Shown here: piece after piece, positions 27,689 through 37,939 of the stretch
How positions within the stretch are numbered: position 1 is the first letter of the stretch
How the letters are laid out: each line of letters starts with the position of its first letter
DNA from: a virus
IMG/VR virus record: IMGVR_UViG_3300031669_000002
Span: 32,001 to 96,000 of that record
Direction: 5' to 3' (one strand)
Length of the DNA stretch: 64,000 nt
Notes under the pieces: generated by a model
The model's database searches: none
What the model saw: the letters and a program-made list of their open reading frames with translations, nothing else
What the model was told of the DNA's origin: nothing
Made by a program: the position numbers and the translations under genes

Positions 27689-28792
27689 TTACTTCAGCCC
27701 TGCTAATCGTTTAATTTCGATAACATTATCTGTATCGTATTGAACGCTTGGTTTAGCAGTTTTATCACCCGACACCTCTTTACGCGACTCACTCAACATC
27801 TTTGCTTTTGGCGCATCTGTTGATTTAGCGTTGTTCAGAACTGATGGTAGATACTTATCGTACACAGAACGCAGTTTATTGGTCTGTACACTTTCAAGAA
27901 GGTCGGACATCACCGAAGCTCTGTCTTTGCTCAATGGTTTTAGCAGTTCGGCAATTACTTGCTTACGTTCCACTGATTCTTGAATAACTTTCATTTCACG
28001 GTCTTTTGATTCAACTAACTTGGATGCCTTTGTTACTGTGGCTTTAGCTTCTTCGAGTTGACGGTTCTTAGCTTTAACCAATGAAGTTAACTTTGCAATT
28101 TCCTTATTTTCATTTAGGTGTGTTGCAGTAAATTCACTAGCAAATGCTTCAAACAGACGACGACCAAACATATTTTCACGAGCAACTTGGATATCTTCCT
28201 GTAATTGAGTCAATTCAGACTCTAAACTTTTTGTAACAGCTTCTTTAACAAGAATTGCGCTCTTTGCAACAAAAGCCTTTTGCATCTCAGCCATCTTACT
28301 TCTAGCTCCAGCAATTAAACGAACTTTTGTTTCTACTACTTCGCGCTTATCTTTTGCAAACTCATTGATTTCAGATGCTAGTTGGTTCATAACAAACTTT
28401 TCTAACTTCTTCATGCTTTCGTTGTTGATCTTACGATCTGAACGAAGTTCTTTAATCTCTTCTGCTAGTTTCTCAGTCATGAAATTTTGGAACTTGCTTC
28501 CTGATTCACGCACAAACTTTTTAAATTTGATACGATCTTCAGTTAGAGCTCGCTTCTCTTCTTGAAATTCTGCAATTTCAACTTGAAGAGATTCTGTTAC
28601 CATCTTGTCTAAAGCCACAACCATTGTATTCTTGTCATGTTCGTAACGACGAGCAAACTCTTCACGCAACTCACTACGAACTGTCTCACGAGCTTCAGCA
28701 AGCTGAGCTTCCCATGCTTCGTTAATAGCGGCTTTTGTGTCTTCGTTGATGATGCCGTTTTCGAGCAATGATGTAATGGCATTAATGGACAT
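27689..28792 (-). CDS. 22: prohead core scaffolding protein (gp22-like)
   Basis: Coiled-coil, E/K-rich; lies between the protease and MCP genes; RENMFGRRLFEAFASEF. Confidence 0.8.
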   Translation of the reverse strand: MSINAITSLLENGIINEDTKAAINEAWEAQLAEARETVRSELREEFARRYEHDKNTMVVALDKMVTESLQVEIAEFQEEKRALTEDRIKFKKFVRESGSKFQNFMTEKLAEEIKELRSDRKINNESMKKLEKFVMNQLASEINEFAKDKREVVETKVRLIAGARSKMAEMQKAFVAKSAILVKEAVTKSLESELTQLQEDIQVARENMFGRRLFEAFASEFTATHLNENKEIAKLTSLVKAKNRQLEEAKATVTKASKLVESKDREMKVIQESVERKQVIAELLKPLSKDRASVMSDLLESVQTNKLRSVYDKYLPSVLNNAKSTDAPKAKMLSESRKEVSGDKTAKPSVQYDTDNVIEIKRLAGLK

Positions 28793-28868
28793 TATACATT
28801 TTCTCCTTAATAATTACTTCTACTACTTGCTACACATTCAGCATTGCCTTAGCAATTGCTAAAATCTC

Positions 28869-29507
28869 TTATCGAAGTTTAAGCGTTTTAATCGCTTTAA
28901 CAACTTCCTCTTTTAAATATTTTTGAACTCTTTGGTCTTCTAAGGATTCTTTTGACATATCTATAATCTTATGACCGTTACGCATGTTCATTAATGATTC
29001 GTAAATGGCTTTTGGATAAGCTGATGGTGCGCTTGGTTGAGCAACAACGTCTACAGTAATAATTTCAAAGTCGCTAACGTGTCCGTTTGCTTCATTGACA
29101 TTTCCTGATCCACGTGAGCTAACGCCCAATTTAACACCTGCTTCTAACATAGTTTTAACTAAGTTACCCATTGGTGTTGGTAACACTTTTAATGTTCCGA
29201 AACCATTTGGTCCATCCATCCACATATCAGTAATCATATGGCTAACACGATCTAAGTTAATTTTTAAATCATCTGGGTGATCTACTTCACCAAGAACTGA
29301 ATAACCACCCTTAACTTGTTCCATGATGGTTCCAACAGCTTTAGTAATTTCATTTACGGGGTAAACGCGCTGGTTTGCATTTTTTACCCCGCCCTGAATG
29401 AAAATACCCTTCATCTTTAGAGTCTTGCCACCCTTAGCATCATCCTCGTTGATGATTTCCATACGAGCATGATCAAAAGTTAAGTTCTCTTTAAGATATA
29501 ATGACAT
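28869..29507 (-). CDS. 21: prohead protease (gp21-like)
   Basis: GIFIQGGVKNANQRVYP, GEVDHP, LGVSSRGSG, TVDVVAQPSAPSAYP. Confidence 0.95.
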   Translation of the reverse strand: MSLYLKENLTFDHARMEIINEDDAKGGKTLKMKGIFIQGGVKNANQRVYPVNEITKAVGTIMEQVKGGYSVLGEVDHPDDLKINLDRVSHMITDMWMDGPNGFGTLKVLPTPMGNLVKTMLEAGVKLGVSSRGSGNVNEANGHVSDFEIITVDVVAQPSAPSAYPKAIYESLMNMRNGHKIIDMSKESLEDQRVQKYLKEEVVKAIKTLKLR

Positions 29508-29513
29508 TACCTA

Positions 29514-30665
29514 TTACCCTTTAAACCCTGGCTTACCTTTTGTTACTTGACCAATGCTTTTGTCATTGATGGTTGTACCGTCTGTGTTTTTAGCACCTGC
29601 TGGTGAACCTTCTTTTGACGATGGTTTGGAAACTTTTGACAACTTGTCGCCGCGGCCGCCTGCTGTATTAGCGTATGAATCACGACCCATTTTTGTTTCG
29701 CCCTTAGAAGCATAGTTGCTTGGCTTTTTGTATGCCGATGTTCCGTCTGGAGCTGTTTCTGAACCACCACGAGCGATGTTAGCTGATGTTCCGCCCATAT
29801 CGTTCTTGCCAGAAATTTGTGTGCTCTTCTTGTTAACAGTTGGCTTACCACCTGATTCTGCACCTGTTCCAACGAAGTCACCTTCTGCTGGCTTAACTGG
29901 AGCAACTTTTTCAACGTATTCACGCATCAAGTCTGCTGGTGATTTACGTGATTCTTTCATTGCCTTTTCTTTCTTTGCTTTAGCTTCTTTTGCTTTAGCT
30001 TCTTTTTCTTTCTTTGCTTTAGCTTCTTTCTTTGCCTTAGCTTCATCTTTAGCTTCATAAACTGATGCTGACTCACCAACTGCTTCTTCGTCGTCGCCGA
30101 AATCTTCTTCACCTTCGTCGTCGCCGAAATCTTCTTCGCCTTCGTCAGAATCTAATTCATCTTCGTCGTCGCCGTGAATGCCTGGGAATTCTTCTTCTTC
30201 GTGCTCTTCACCTGCCATTAACTGGTCGAATTCTGCTTTAAGTTCGTCGATTGCATCTTCAAGATCCATAACGCGGTCTTCAATTTCGCCTTCTCCGCCT
30301 AGTTCGTCTTCGTCGCCGAAATCTTCTTCACCGCCTAATTCTGCATCGTCGTCGCTAAACTCATCATCTTGACCACCTTCTTCGTCGCCAAATTCATCAT
30401 CTGCGCCAAAGTCTTCTCCGTCATCTTCTTCGCCTTCGTGCATACCGTGCTCGTCGCCGTCGATAACGTCATCGTGATCTTCGATTTCGTTGCTTAGTGA
30501 TTCACCACCGCGTCCGCGCTGAACTGGGAACTGGTCTTCATCAACAAGACTTTCATAAATGTCACGGGATTTTTCTACAATGATTTTGTGGAATAGTGCT
30601 TTAGCTTTGGCTTCATCTGCATTAATAATGAATTCAACCAATTGCTCGAATTTATTAGCTCTCAT
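29514..30665 (-). CDS. acidic prohead core-associated protein (gp67/68 position)
   Basis: Very D/E-rich N-terminal half with EEDFGDDE repeats and a basic C-terminal half; lies between portal and protease. Confidence 0.65.
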   Translation of the reverse strand: MRANKFEQLVEFIINADEAKAKALFHKIIVEKSRDIYESLVDEDQFPVQRGRGGESLSNEIEDHDDVIDGDEHGMHEGEEDDGEDFGADDEFGDEEGGQDDEFSDDDAELGGEEDFGDEDELGGEGEIEDRVMDLEDAIDELKAEFDQLMAGEEHEEEEFPGIHGDDEDELDSDEGEEDFGDDEGEEDFGDDEEAVGESASVYEAKDEAKAKKEAKAKKEKEAKAKEAKAKKEKAMKESRKSPADLMREYVEKVAPVKPAEGDFVGTGAESGGKPTVNKKSTQISGKNDMGGTSANIARGGSETAPDGTSAYKKPSNYASKGETKMGRDSYANTAGGRGDKLSKVSKPSSKEGSPAGAKNTDGTTINDKSIGQVTKGKPGFKG

Positions 30666-30794
30666 GTTTTTAAAACTCCTTTAAATTGGGTACTTCTCGC
30701 CGTGACTAAAGATAGTCACGTTTGTATATAACTATTTACTTAGTTATTATTAAAATGTATGATTTGGAGTGTTTTTGAGTCTATTTGATTAAAA

Positions 30795-31046
30795 TTACAT
30801 GAATCCGCCACCAGCATCTTGGGCTGCTGGCTTATATTGCACAGAAACTTTTTTAAGTTTTTGTTCATGTTCAATTTTTCTTGTGTCGTTAAGAATTCTT
30901 AACTTATTGAGTTGACCGAGAGTAAGACGAGTTTTTCTTAGATCTGATAATTTTAGAATTGATTGATCATCTTCCTCGCTAGAGTATCCTTGAGGAAGTG
31001 ACTCAATTGTGTCGCCCATTTCTGTAAGTAGCTCTGTTACGAACAT
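30795..31046 (-). CDS. conserved head-region protein
   Basis: RKTRLTLGQLNKLR motif; starts MFVTELLTE. Confidence 0.7.
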   Translation of the reverse strand: MFVTELLTEMGDTIESLPQGYSSEEDDQSILKLSDLRKTRLTLGQLNKLRILNDTRKIEHEQKLKKVSVQYKPAAQDAGGGFM

Positions 31047-31762
31047 GTTTGTTCCTTAAATTTACAATTATCAAAGTGAAAACGTTGCATATTTCCCTGT
31101 GTTCCAACTTTATCACAGTGCGGACATGTACATATTTTTCTAGGAGAAAGTGTTTTACCTTTATTTGCCCCGCCGTTACCGCCAGTTCCATTTATCTTCT
31201 TAGCAAGTTTCATATTAAACTTATGTTCTTCTGTGAAAGGAGGGCGAGTTGATCCTTTGAGCTTACCTTTATTAGCCAAACCTATATTCTTTGCTCTTTC
31301 TTCGCTACAAGGACCAAACATTGGATTTTTTTCACCAGGATGACCATACTTATGTGCTCTTTCATCTACTGACATTAATTGGCACGTTTTCTTAATAGAT
31401 AATAATCTTTTTTCTTTATGTTTATCTGTCTGCGCAATACCTTTAACTGCCCCATCTAATCCGTTTTCTGGTCTCTCATTGGCCCATATCTTCTTACCAC
31501 TTTCGTTTAGTGATTTGACCACATTCCATTGGTCCGAGCACATAAGAAAAAATTTCTCTAATTCTTCTTTTTCTGTAAACAAACAATACCATAGGGTAAT
31601 GATATGTTCTTTACCGTGTTTCTTTAGGTGATCTTTCCAATAATCTCCAGAACCAGTATATTTTAACATATCAGCATGTAATTGTTGTGTTCGGCAAAGA
31701 TAAATTAATCCAGTAACCGAGTGCTGTTTAATACAAAGATACGTGTTTTTAAATTCTCGCAT
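31037..31762 (-). mobile_element. GIY-YIG (Seg-like) homing endonuclease, possibly degenerate
   Basis: TYLCIKQHSVTGLIYLCRT..KYTGSGDYW; paralog of 58386..59141 but YLCRT replaces YLGKT; C-terminal CPHC..HFDNC. Confidence 0.7.
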
Positions 31763-31789
31763 AATGGTATTTATACTCGCTTACCGAAT

Positions 31790-32362
31790 TTAGACCACGC
31801 CAGGCGGTGCTTGGCGATAAACCGCACAATTAGAAAAATGCCAGCGTTTCATTTGACTTGCTCCGCCTACTTTATTACAATGCGGACAGGTTATTTTTGG
31901 CTGTTTTTTAAATATCTTTCCTTTATTCATTTCGCCGTATGTGTTTCCAATCATCTTTTTTGCTTGGTCTAAGTTTTTTATTCCTTTGTTTGTAGGAGTA
32001 TGTCCTCTAGTAAAAGTTCCTTTATTGGGTTTACATATTCCTTTTGTATTCTTATTCCAAGGATCTTTGCCAATAGTGTGAAATTTACCATCTTGATTAT
32101 GTTGATTGTAGCTCATTGTATCATTTTTAGCATTAAGTATCTTCAGATACTTTGTTTCTAATTGCCTAATATATTTTGGTTCTCCAATAATTAATACTTC
32201 TCTTTTCCAATTTGGTCTATTTTCGAGAATCATCGGTTTAACGGTTTTACTTGAACAAAGATAACCATCTTCTGGATGACATCCCTTTCTTGTCCGTGAT
32301 CCACAATACCATTTGTTAGTTGACAATTCTGTCCATTTATATAAGTAGGCAATCGTTACCAT
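31790..32362 (-). mobile_element. GIY-YIG-like homing endonuclease
   Basis: AYLYKWTELSTNKWYCGSRT...YLCSS...LETKYL...SYN; PWNK; CPHC..WHFSNC. Confidence 0.7.
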
Positions 32363-32363
32363 A

Positions 32364-34076
32364 TTATGTCACTCCAGGAACACCACCACCTACAGGAGCA
32401 GTAGGCACATTTGCACCACCCTGTTCTTGTCCGACACCAGGTGCTTCACCAGGCATTTCTCCCTCACCTGGCATTGGTTCCATGTTTCCTAAGTCAGATG
32501 ATATTCCGCCAGCTGAAACGCCTACACTACGCAAGTTAGCATCTTCAGGAGTTGCAAGTTCTGTGTCGGCATGTTCTTCTGCCCACATTTGTTCGTTCTC
32601 TTGCATTTCTTCTTCAGTAAGTCCTAAGTATCTTGTTAACAAGAAACGTTTAGCTAAGTATGGAAAAGCTTCTATTTGTGTAAATGCACCAATTCTAGCT
32701 TGGTCGATTTCTGCTTGACGATACTTTGTAAAGTTTTGCGGTTCGTTGAACTTTAGATCAAATATACCAGAATCAATATTAATTCCTCTAAAACGCATGA
32801 ACAGTTTGAATTCTCTATCAAGTGATGTTGCCATTAGTCCTTGTAGGCGTTTGCAATACTGATTGAATCTCCATTCTTGAATCATTGCAATACCAACTTT
32901 ACCATCATTAAACTGTGCAGGGGAGTCGTCTGCTTGTGTAGGCAAATAGCTTGATGGAATACGCAATCCTCTAAACATTTTGTTTGTGAAGAATCTCAAG
33001 TCAGTAATTTCGCCAAGATTTTGACCACCTGCTAATATCTCTACAGATGACCCACGGCCGTTTTCTGTTTGAGGGAAGAAGAAATCTTCATTCATTGAGA
33101 TTGGGTTATAGGTTGCATCCATCATTGGCGTACCGTTTCCTGACTGTGTTGGAATACGGCGTTGATGAACTTCGTTTTTTACTCTCTCAACGAATGCCAT
33201 TGCCATGTGTGACGGCATATTTCCCACATCAATTTTAAACATACGACGTTCTGGTGCGCGTTGGATACGATAGATGATAATAGCATCTTCGATTAGTTCT
33301 TTTTGTTTGAATACTTTGAAAATTGTTTCCAGCACTGAGTTTCCAAACGGCCAAGCAATGTCGAGTCCCTCAGTGAGACTTACATGAACAACGTGCTCAG
33401 CATCTATAACTGATTCATTTTTTGATGTTGCAAATCTTGAACCGCCGCCCTGTCCTGCCACTGTTGGTGTATAAGTTCCGACTGGGCCACCAACTTGTGG
33501 GTGATTCATATAAGTGTCTGACGTAGTAACTGCTGTCACTGTTAGATTTTGTAGATTTGGGTTTAACTCTTTAAGAACATACTGCTCAGGTGACTTGCCG
33601 TCAGACTCATTGACAATAACCTTCGTAACTTTCGACATCTCTGTCCATAAAAGTTGGAATGTTTCTGGGTCACGCACAAAAACTTGATCGCCGTACTTAA
33701 TGCAGTTTCTAAATAGCTTAAAGATGCGTTTGTCAAACTGATTTAGTTTGTACCACTGACGAAGTTGCTCTTTAATTATCTTAATTTCGTTATCAGTTGG
33801 CTTTTCGTTGAACTCAATATCAAATGCTGTGCCATTTTCTATGTTTGTCTGAGTTGAGAATTCAGCTAAAATGTCTAACGCAGCATTAACTTCGCTGTCT
33901 GCATCCATCTGTTCATACTGATTATATCGCTCAATTCGGTTAGGATGACCGACATATACGTCGGGTAAGTGACTCTGATAGTTCTTAACACCGAAACTAG
34001 AAGGTGCTGAGCCGCCGTTAATCGGGCTTGATGAATCTCCGATGCTTGCTGCTCGAAAGTGCTTACGCCAAGACAT
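32364..34076 (-). CDS. 20: portal protein (gp20-like)
   Basis: EDAIIIYRIQRAPERRMFKIDVGNMP, EDFFFP..GRGSSVEIL.GG.NLGEI.D, LRIPSSYL, EWRFNQYCKRLQ. Confidence 0.97.
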   Translation of the reverse strand: MSWRKHFRAASIGDSSSPINGGSAPSSFGVKNYQSHLPDVYVGHPNRIERYNQYEQMDADSEVNAALDILAEFSTQTNIENGTAFDIEFNEKPTDNEIKIIKEQLRQWYKLNQFDKRIFKLFRNCIKYGDQVFVRDPETFQLLWTEMSKVTKVIVNESDGKSPEQYVLKELNPNLQNLTVTAVTTSDTYMNHPQVGGPVGTYTPTVAGQGGGSRFATSKNESVIDAEHVVHVSLTEGLDIAWPFGNSVLETIFKVFKQKELIEDAIIIYRIQRAPERRMFKIDVGNMPSHMAMAFVERVKNEVHQRRIPTQSGNGTPMMDATYNPISMNEDFFFPQTENGRGSSVEILAGGQNLGEITDLRFFTNKMFRGLRIPSSYLPTQADDSPAQFNDGKVGIAMIQEWRFNQYCKRLQGLMATSLDREFKLFMRFRGINIDSGIFDLKFNEPQNFTKYRQAEIDQARIGAFTQIEAFPYLAKRFLLTRYLGLTEEEMQENEQMWAEEHADTELATPEDANLRSVGVSAGGISSDLGNMEPMPGEGEMPGEAPGVGQEQGGANVPTAPVGGGVPGVT

Positions 34077-34653
34077 TGTTCACTCTCCTAATTGACCTTC
34101 CTTGAGTAAAATCTTTTGGTTCTTGTCCAGGAATACACATTCTTGATACTATTCCATTATTAAACCATCTTTGTATACTTTTAGTTTTCCCCATTTTATT
34201 GCATCTTTCTTGAGTGTATGTTTTGCCTATCATTGACTTTTTAATATTTGCCGCATGTTCTTTTGTTTTTGATTTTCTCATTCTTGCTTTTGTCTCTTCG
34301 GTTTTTAATATACCTTTCTTTGAGATCGATATTTTTGCATTACGAATAAATGATCGTTCTTTATCAATGAGCAACTCTGAAAATTTTCTTCTAATCCACC
34401 CATAACTTTTGTTGTTTATTCGTGTATTTCCCATCATATGTGCTGCATATATTAGCTTTGTATGATTCGGATAAATTCTAACAAGCAATTGATGTGCTAC
34501 AAAATGCTCTTCTGGCGTTAAATTTACTATATTTTCTTTGTTATTTGAACCACCCATACATTTAGGAATAATGTGATGTTTTTCATAAGATTTCTCTAAT
34601 ATTCTATCTTTCCCTCTTTCTATCAATATATTATAGTGTGTCTGATAATTCAT
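34063..34653 (-). mobile_element. HNH homing endonuclease
   Basis: YEKHHIIPKCMGGSNNKENIVNLTPEEHFVAHQLL; NUMOD-like C-terminus (WFNNG). Confidence 0.85.
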
Positions 34654-34682
34654 GAATTATTCCCTTATGTCTTATTTATATG

Positions 34683-36800
34683 TTATGCTACTGCATGAAG
34701 GGTTTTTTCGCTAATACTTAATATTCGTTCATTAAGATCAACTAATCTTTTAAGTAACATTGTCGATTCAATTGAACTTTTTATTAGTGCTGGATCAGTC
34801 CCTTGATTATCCATTCGTTTAGTTACTTCGGCATATCCTTTTGATGTTGTATCTAATTTATCACCTTTCATTGGAACAATTGCTTCTGTTCCATGAAGTT
34901 TTTGAGCATAGCCTGATGTTGGGCCTGATGATATGCCTCCATCTGCAAAACCACCGCCTGACATTTGACTCATTAACCCTATCCCACCTGTTTCCATCAT
35001 TAGTGCTCCGGCACCAGCGCCTATTGTTGTTGCTGTTAAAGCTGCTCCGCCTGCTACCAAAGCAGTATTCATTATTGTTGTCTTGTGTGAGGAAAGCCAT
35101 CCCATAACACCGGTAGTTGTGCTTATTGTCATACCTGCTACTTTTGTTACTGCTGCACCTATATCGTTGATAGTCTGTGTTAATGCCTTAGAAAATGCTG
35201 GCAAATTATCAACTGCTATTTGCTGCATACCCATAGCAAAGTTCTGATTTGCTGCCATTAGATCAACTGCTGTGGTTCCTCCTGCTGATGCCTTAACTGC
35301 TTTTCCGTGTGCTTGCGCGGAGTTAGCTGCATTCTCTGATGCCTTAGTTGCTTTCTCTGAGAATTGTGCCGCAGTGTCCCAATATGTACCGATGATTTTA
35401 CTCATACCTTCTGCAGTTTCGCCTGTAGCAATCGACAGTGAAGTTTGACTAGCTGCATCTTTTTTAATCTGAGCCGCATTACTCATTTGAATATCCCTTG
35501 CTTTTTGTCCTGACTCAGATCCATCTTTTACTGCTTGATAGAATTCCTTGTTCGCTTTCATTATACCAGGACTTGTTGCTTGTGCCGCTGCAAGATTTGT
35601 GCTAATAACAGAACCATATTTCATCTGTTCAGCTAGTGCTTGACGTTGATCACTATTCATATTCTGTAGCATCTCATTAAACTTAATTCGATGTGCTTCG
35701 TCCATTGAGTTAAGTTTTTGCTTCATAAACAAGTTATCATTTTCTTTCTGTATCTCTGCTTGCTTGGTCTTAGCATCTTCACCTGTTATATCAGATACGA
35801 TTTTGAGGTTCTTAGCATATTCTTCAGTTTGACGAGATACTTCTGCATTACTGGCTGTTAATTTACCAGTCGGTCCCGCCATTAATGCCATAGTTTGAGC
35901 AGTTGCATCTGCTTGATCTTCCATAGACATACCTAATGCAAACATACCGTTTCGTGCTGATTCTCCGCCAGCTTGAATAGCTTTTGCCATACGTTTGCTA
36001 CCTTCGCTAACACTTAAACCTGCATTTGCAAATGCCTGTCTATTAGATGCAACCGCTTTTGTGAATTGACCCATCGTTAAACCTGCTGACTGCGATACCG
36101 ATATCATTTCTTGCATACCGCCAACATAGATTGCACCAACAGATGACATCTCCCTAAAGCCATCAAGTACCATATTGGTTTCTTTAAGCATGAAACCAAT
36201 TCCCTGTTTAGCTAATTCTGATATAGCACCACTTAGACTTCCTAGTGCTGTTGCAACAACAGAAACACCTCTACCCATTTTCGTAACATTACCATCAGCA
36301 CCTACCATCGAATGACTAAAGTCTTTCATAACACTTGACCCAGCTTGAATTCCAGCATTTGCTGTATCAATGCCAGATTCCATAAATCCCGCAGAAACGC
36401 TTAATGCGTCGCCGCCAGACAATGCTGATCTTGTCGCATTTCCGAATGCTGTAACAAATCCTTTTATTACCGCACCTGTGCTTGCCATCGAAGCTTTTTG
36501 AAATGATTCTTTTCTGGCAGCATAATATTCTTCTTTCTTCGCTTCATTTTTTGCTATAATCTTTTTCTCTATAGAAAGTCTTTCGGCATCTGTAGCAGCA
36601 TTTTTATATTCTTCCTGAAGCTCAACTATCCCATCTTGAAGCTTTTTCATTGTATCAACAGTCTTCTTATACTCTTTTTCAGAGGTTTGCATAGTCAATC
36701 CCATTTTCTTCATAAACTTGTCAAGATCTTTATAATTCTTAATCTGATTTGCCAATGCCTGATCAATGAGTGCCTGTTGTTCTGGTGTTGTATCTGTCAT
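34683..36800 (-). CDS. tape measure-like protein
   Basis: Ala/Met-rich helical 705-aa protein; C-terminal GFADGGISSGPTSGY..LHGTEAIVP; divergent from gp26. Confidence 0.75.
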   Translation of the reverse strand: MTDTTPEQQALIDQALANQIKNYKDLDKFMKKMGLTMQTSEKEYKKTVDTMKKLQDGIVELQEEYKNAATDAERLSIEKKIIAKNEAKKEEYYAARKESFQKASMASTGAVIKGFVTAFGNATRSALSGGDALSVSAGFMESGIDTANAGIQAGSSVMKDFSHSMVGADGNVTKMGRGVSVVATALGSLSGAISELAKQGIGFMLKETNMVLDGFREMSSVGAIYVGGMQEMISVSQSAGLTMGQFTKAVASNRQAFANAGLSVSEGSKRMAKAIQAGGESARNGMFALGMSMEDQADATAQTMALMAGPTGKLTASNAEVSRQTEEYAKNLKIVSDITGEDAKTKQAEIQKENDNLFMKQKLNSMDEAHRIKFNEMLQNMNSDQRQALAEQMKYGSVISTNLAAAQATSPGIMKANKEFYQAVKDGSESGQKARDIQMSNAAQIKKDAASQTSLSIATGETAEGMSKIIGTYWDTAAQFSEKATKASENAANSAQAHGKAVKASAGGTTAVDLMAANQNFAMGMQQIAVDNLPAFSKALTQTINDIGAAVTKVAGMTISTTTGVMGWLSSHKTTIMNTALVAGGAALTATTIGAGAGALMMETGGIGLMSQMSGGGFADGGISSGPTSGYAQKLHGTEAIVPMKGDKLDTTSKGYAEVTKRMDNQGTDPALIKSSIESTMLLKRLVDLNERILSISEKTLHAVA

Positions 36801-36827
36801 TTTTGAAATACCCTATGTTAATTATTG

Positions 36828-36856
36828 CTAAATACTATTGTATTACTATATTTATA
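36828..36856. promoter_or_regulatory. overlapping divergent late promoters (tape measure / gp26)
   Basis: CTAAATA on the + strand (36828) and TATAAATA on the - strand (36849-36856). Confidence 0.6.
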
Positions 36857-36866
36857 GGAAAAAATC

Positions 36867-37721
36867 ATGACACAAACGGCATCTAGCAATAATCCTCTTG
36901 CAAAACACTTTAGGCAGCCTGCTATCTATATCAAACTAACTAGTGAAGGAAAATATTGGAAGGATGGCACAGTTGAATTGCCAGTAACAGGAGAAATTCC
37001 CGTATATCCAATGACAGCAAAAGATGAGATCATTCTAAGAACACCTGATGCTCTTATTAATGGTACAAGCGTTGTTAATGTAGTTCAATCATGTTGCCCA
37101 AATATTAAAAATGCATGGGCGATGCCTAGCATTGATGTTGATTCTACTCTTATAGCAATTCGAATTGCTAGTTATGGCTCAACTATGGCAATAACTGCTA
37201 AGTGCCCAAAATGCAACGAAGAGCACGATTATGATATCGATCTACAAAAAGTTTTAGGGGAAATAAGAGCACCAGACTATAGTCAGACTATTTTAACTGA
37301 TGATGGACTAATAATAAAATTTAAGCCACTTACTTATTATGAAGTATCAAAATCAGGTAATATGGTTTTTGAGGAAGAAAAACTTATTCAATCATTAGCT
37401 GACCCAGCGTTAGACGAAGATGTTCGAAAAGTAGAATTTGAAAAACACATTAAGAATATGATCGATATAAATGTTAACAATGCCACATTAGCTACAGAAA
37501 GCATACTCGCAGACGGAATGCTAATTACTGACTCTTCATTTATTAGTGATTATTACCGAAATGCCAAAAGCAGTGTACTACATCAAGTTCAAAATCAACT
37601 AAAAGAATTCGCCAAAGCGGTAGCCATCAAAGAAGAGGAAACTAAGTGCGCTTCGTGCGAAAACATATTTAAACTAGCAGTAGAGTTTGACTATACACAT
37701 TTTTTCGACAACGGCTTTTGA
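36867..37721 (+). CDS. 26: baseplate hub assembly protein (gp26-like)
   Basis: NPLAKHFRQPAIYIKL, PMTAKDEIILRTPDALING, DSTLIAIRIASYG, CPKC. Confidence 0.85.
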   Translation: MTQTASSNNPLAKHFRQPAIYIKLTSEGKYWKDGTVELPVTGEIPVYPMTAKDEIILRTPDALINGTSVVNVVQSCCPNIKNAWAMPSIDVDSTLIAIRIASYGSTMAITAKCPKCNEEHDYDIDLQKVLGEIRAPDYSQTILTDDGLIIKFKPLTYYEVSKSGNMVFEEEKLIQSLADPALDEDVRKVEFEKHIKNMIDINVNNATLATESILADGMLITDSSFISDYYRNAKSSVLHQVQNQLKEFAKAVAIKEEETKCASCENIFKLAVEFDYTHFFDNGF

Positions 37722-37936
37722 GTTTAGATGAAGCAGGTATCATATCACTCCTTAACCGATATGATAAGGACTCAAAAGCCATAAAGGAAGAAATCTTAAG
37801 AATGTGCTGGTATATGAGAGGCAGTATATCCTATGACGATGGAATGTTACTCGGTGAACAGGAAAGAAAAATCATTAGCAAAATTATCGAAGACAACATG
37901 AAGACTACAAAAGAAAGTGGCTTGCCATTTTTCTAA
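37718..37936 (+). CDS. 51: baseplate hub assembly catalyst (gp51-like)
   Basis: CWYMRGSISY...ER.II.KII..N...TK..GLPFF; TTGA overlap with gp26. Confidence 0.7.
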   Translation: MSLDEAGIISLLNRYDKDSKAIKEEILRMCWYMRGSISYDDGMLLGEQERKIISKIIEDNMKTTKESGLPFF

Positions 37937-37939
37937 TTC

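Noticed and set aside
30085-30440. cttcgtcgtcgccgaaatcttc repeats
   Set aside because: Encode the acidic EEDFGDDE repeats of the prohead core protein; not a non-coding element.
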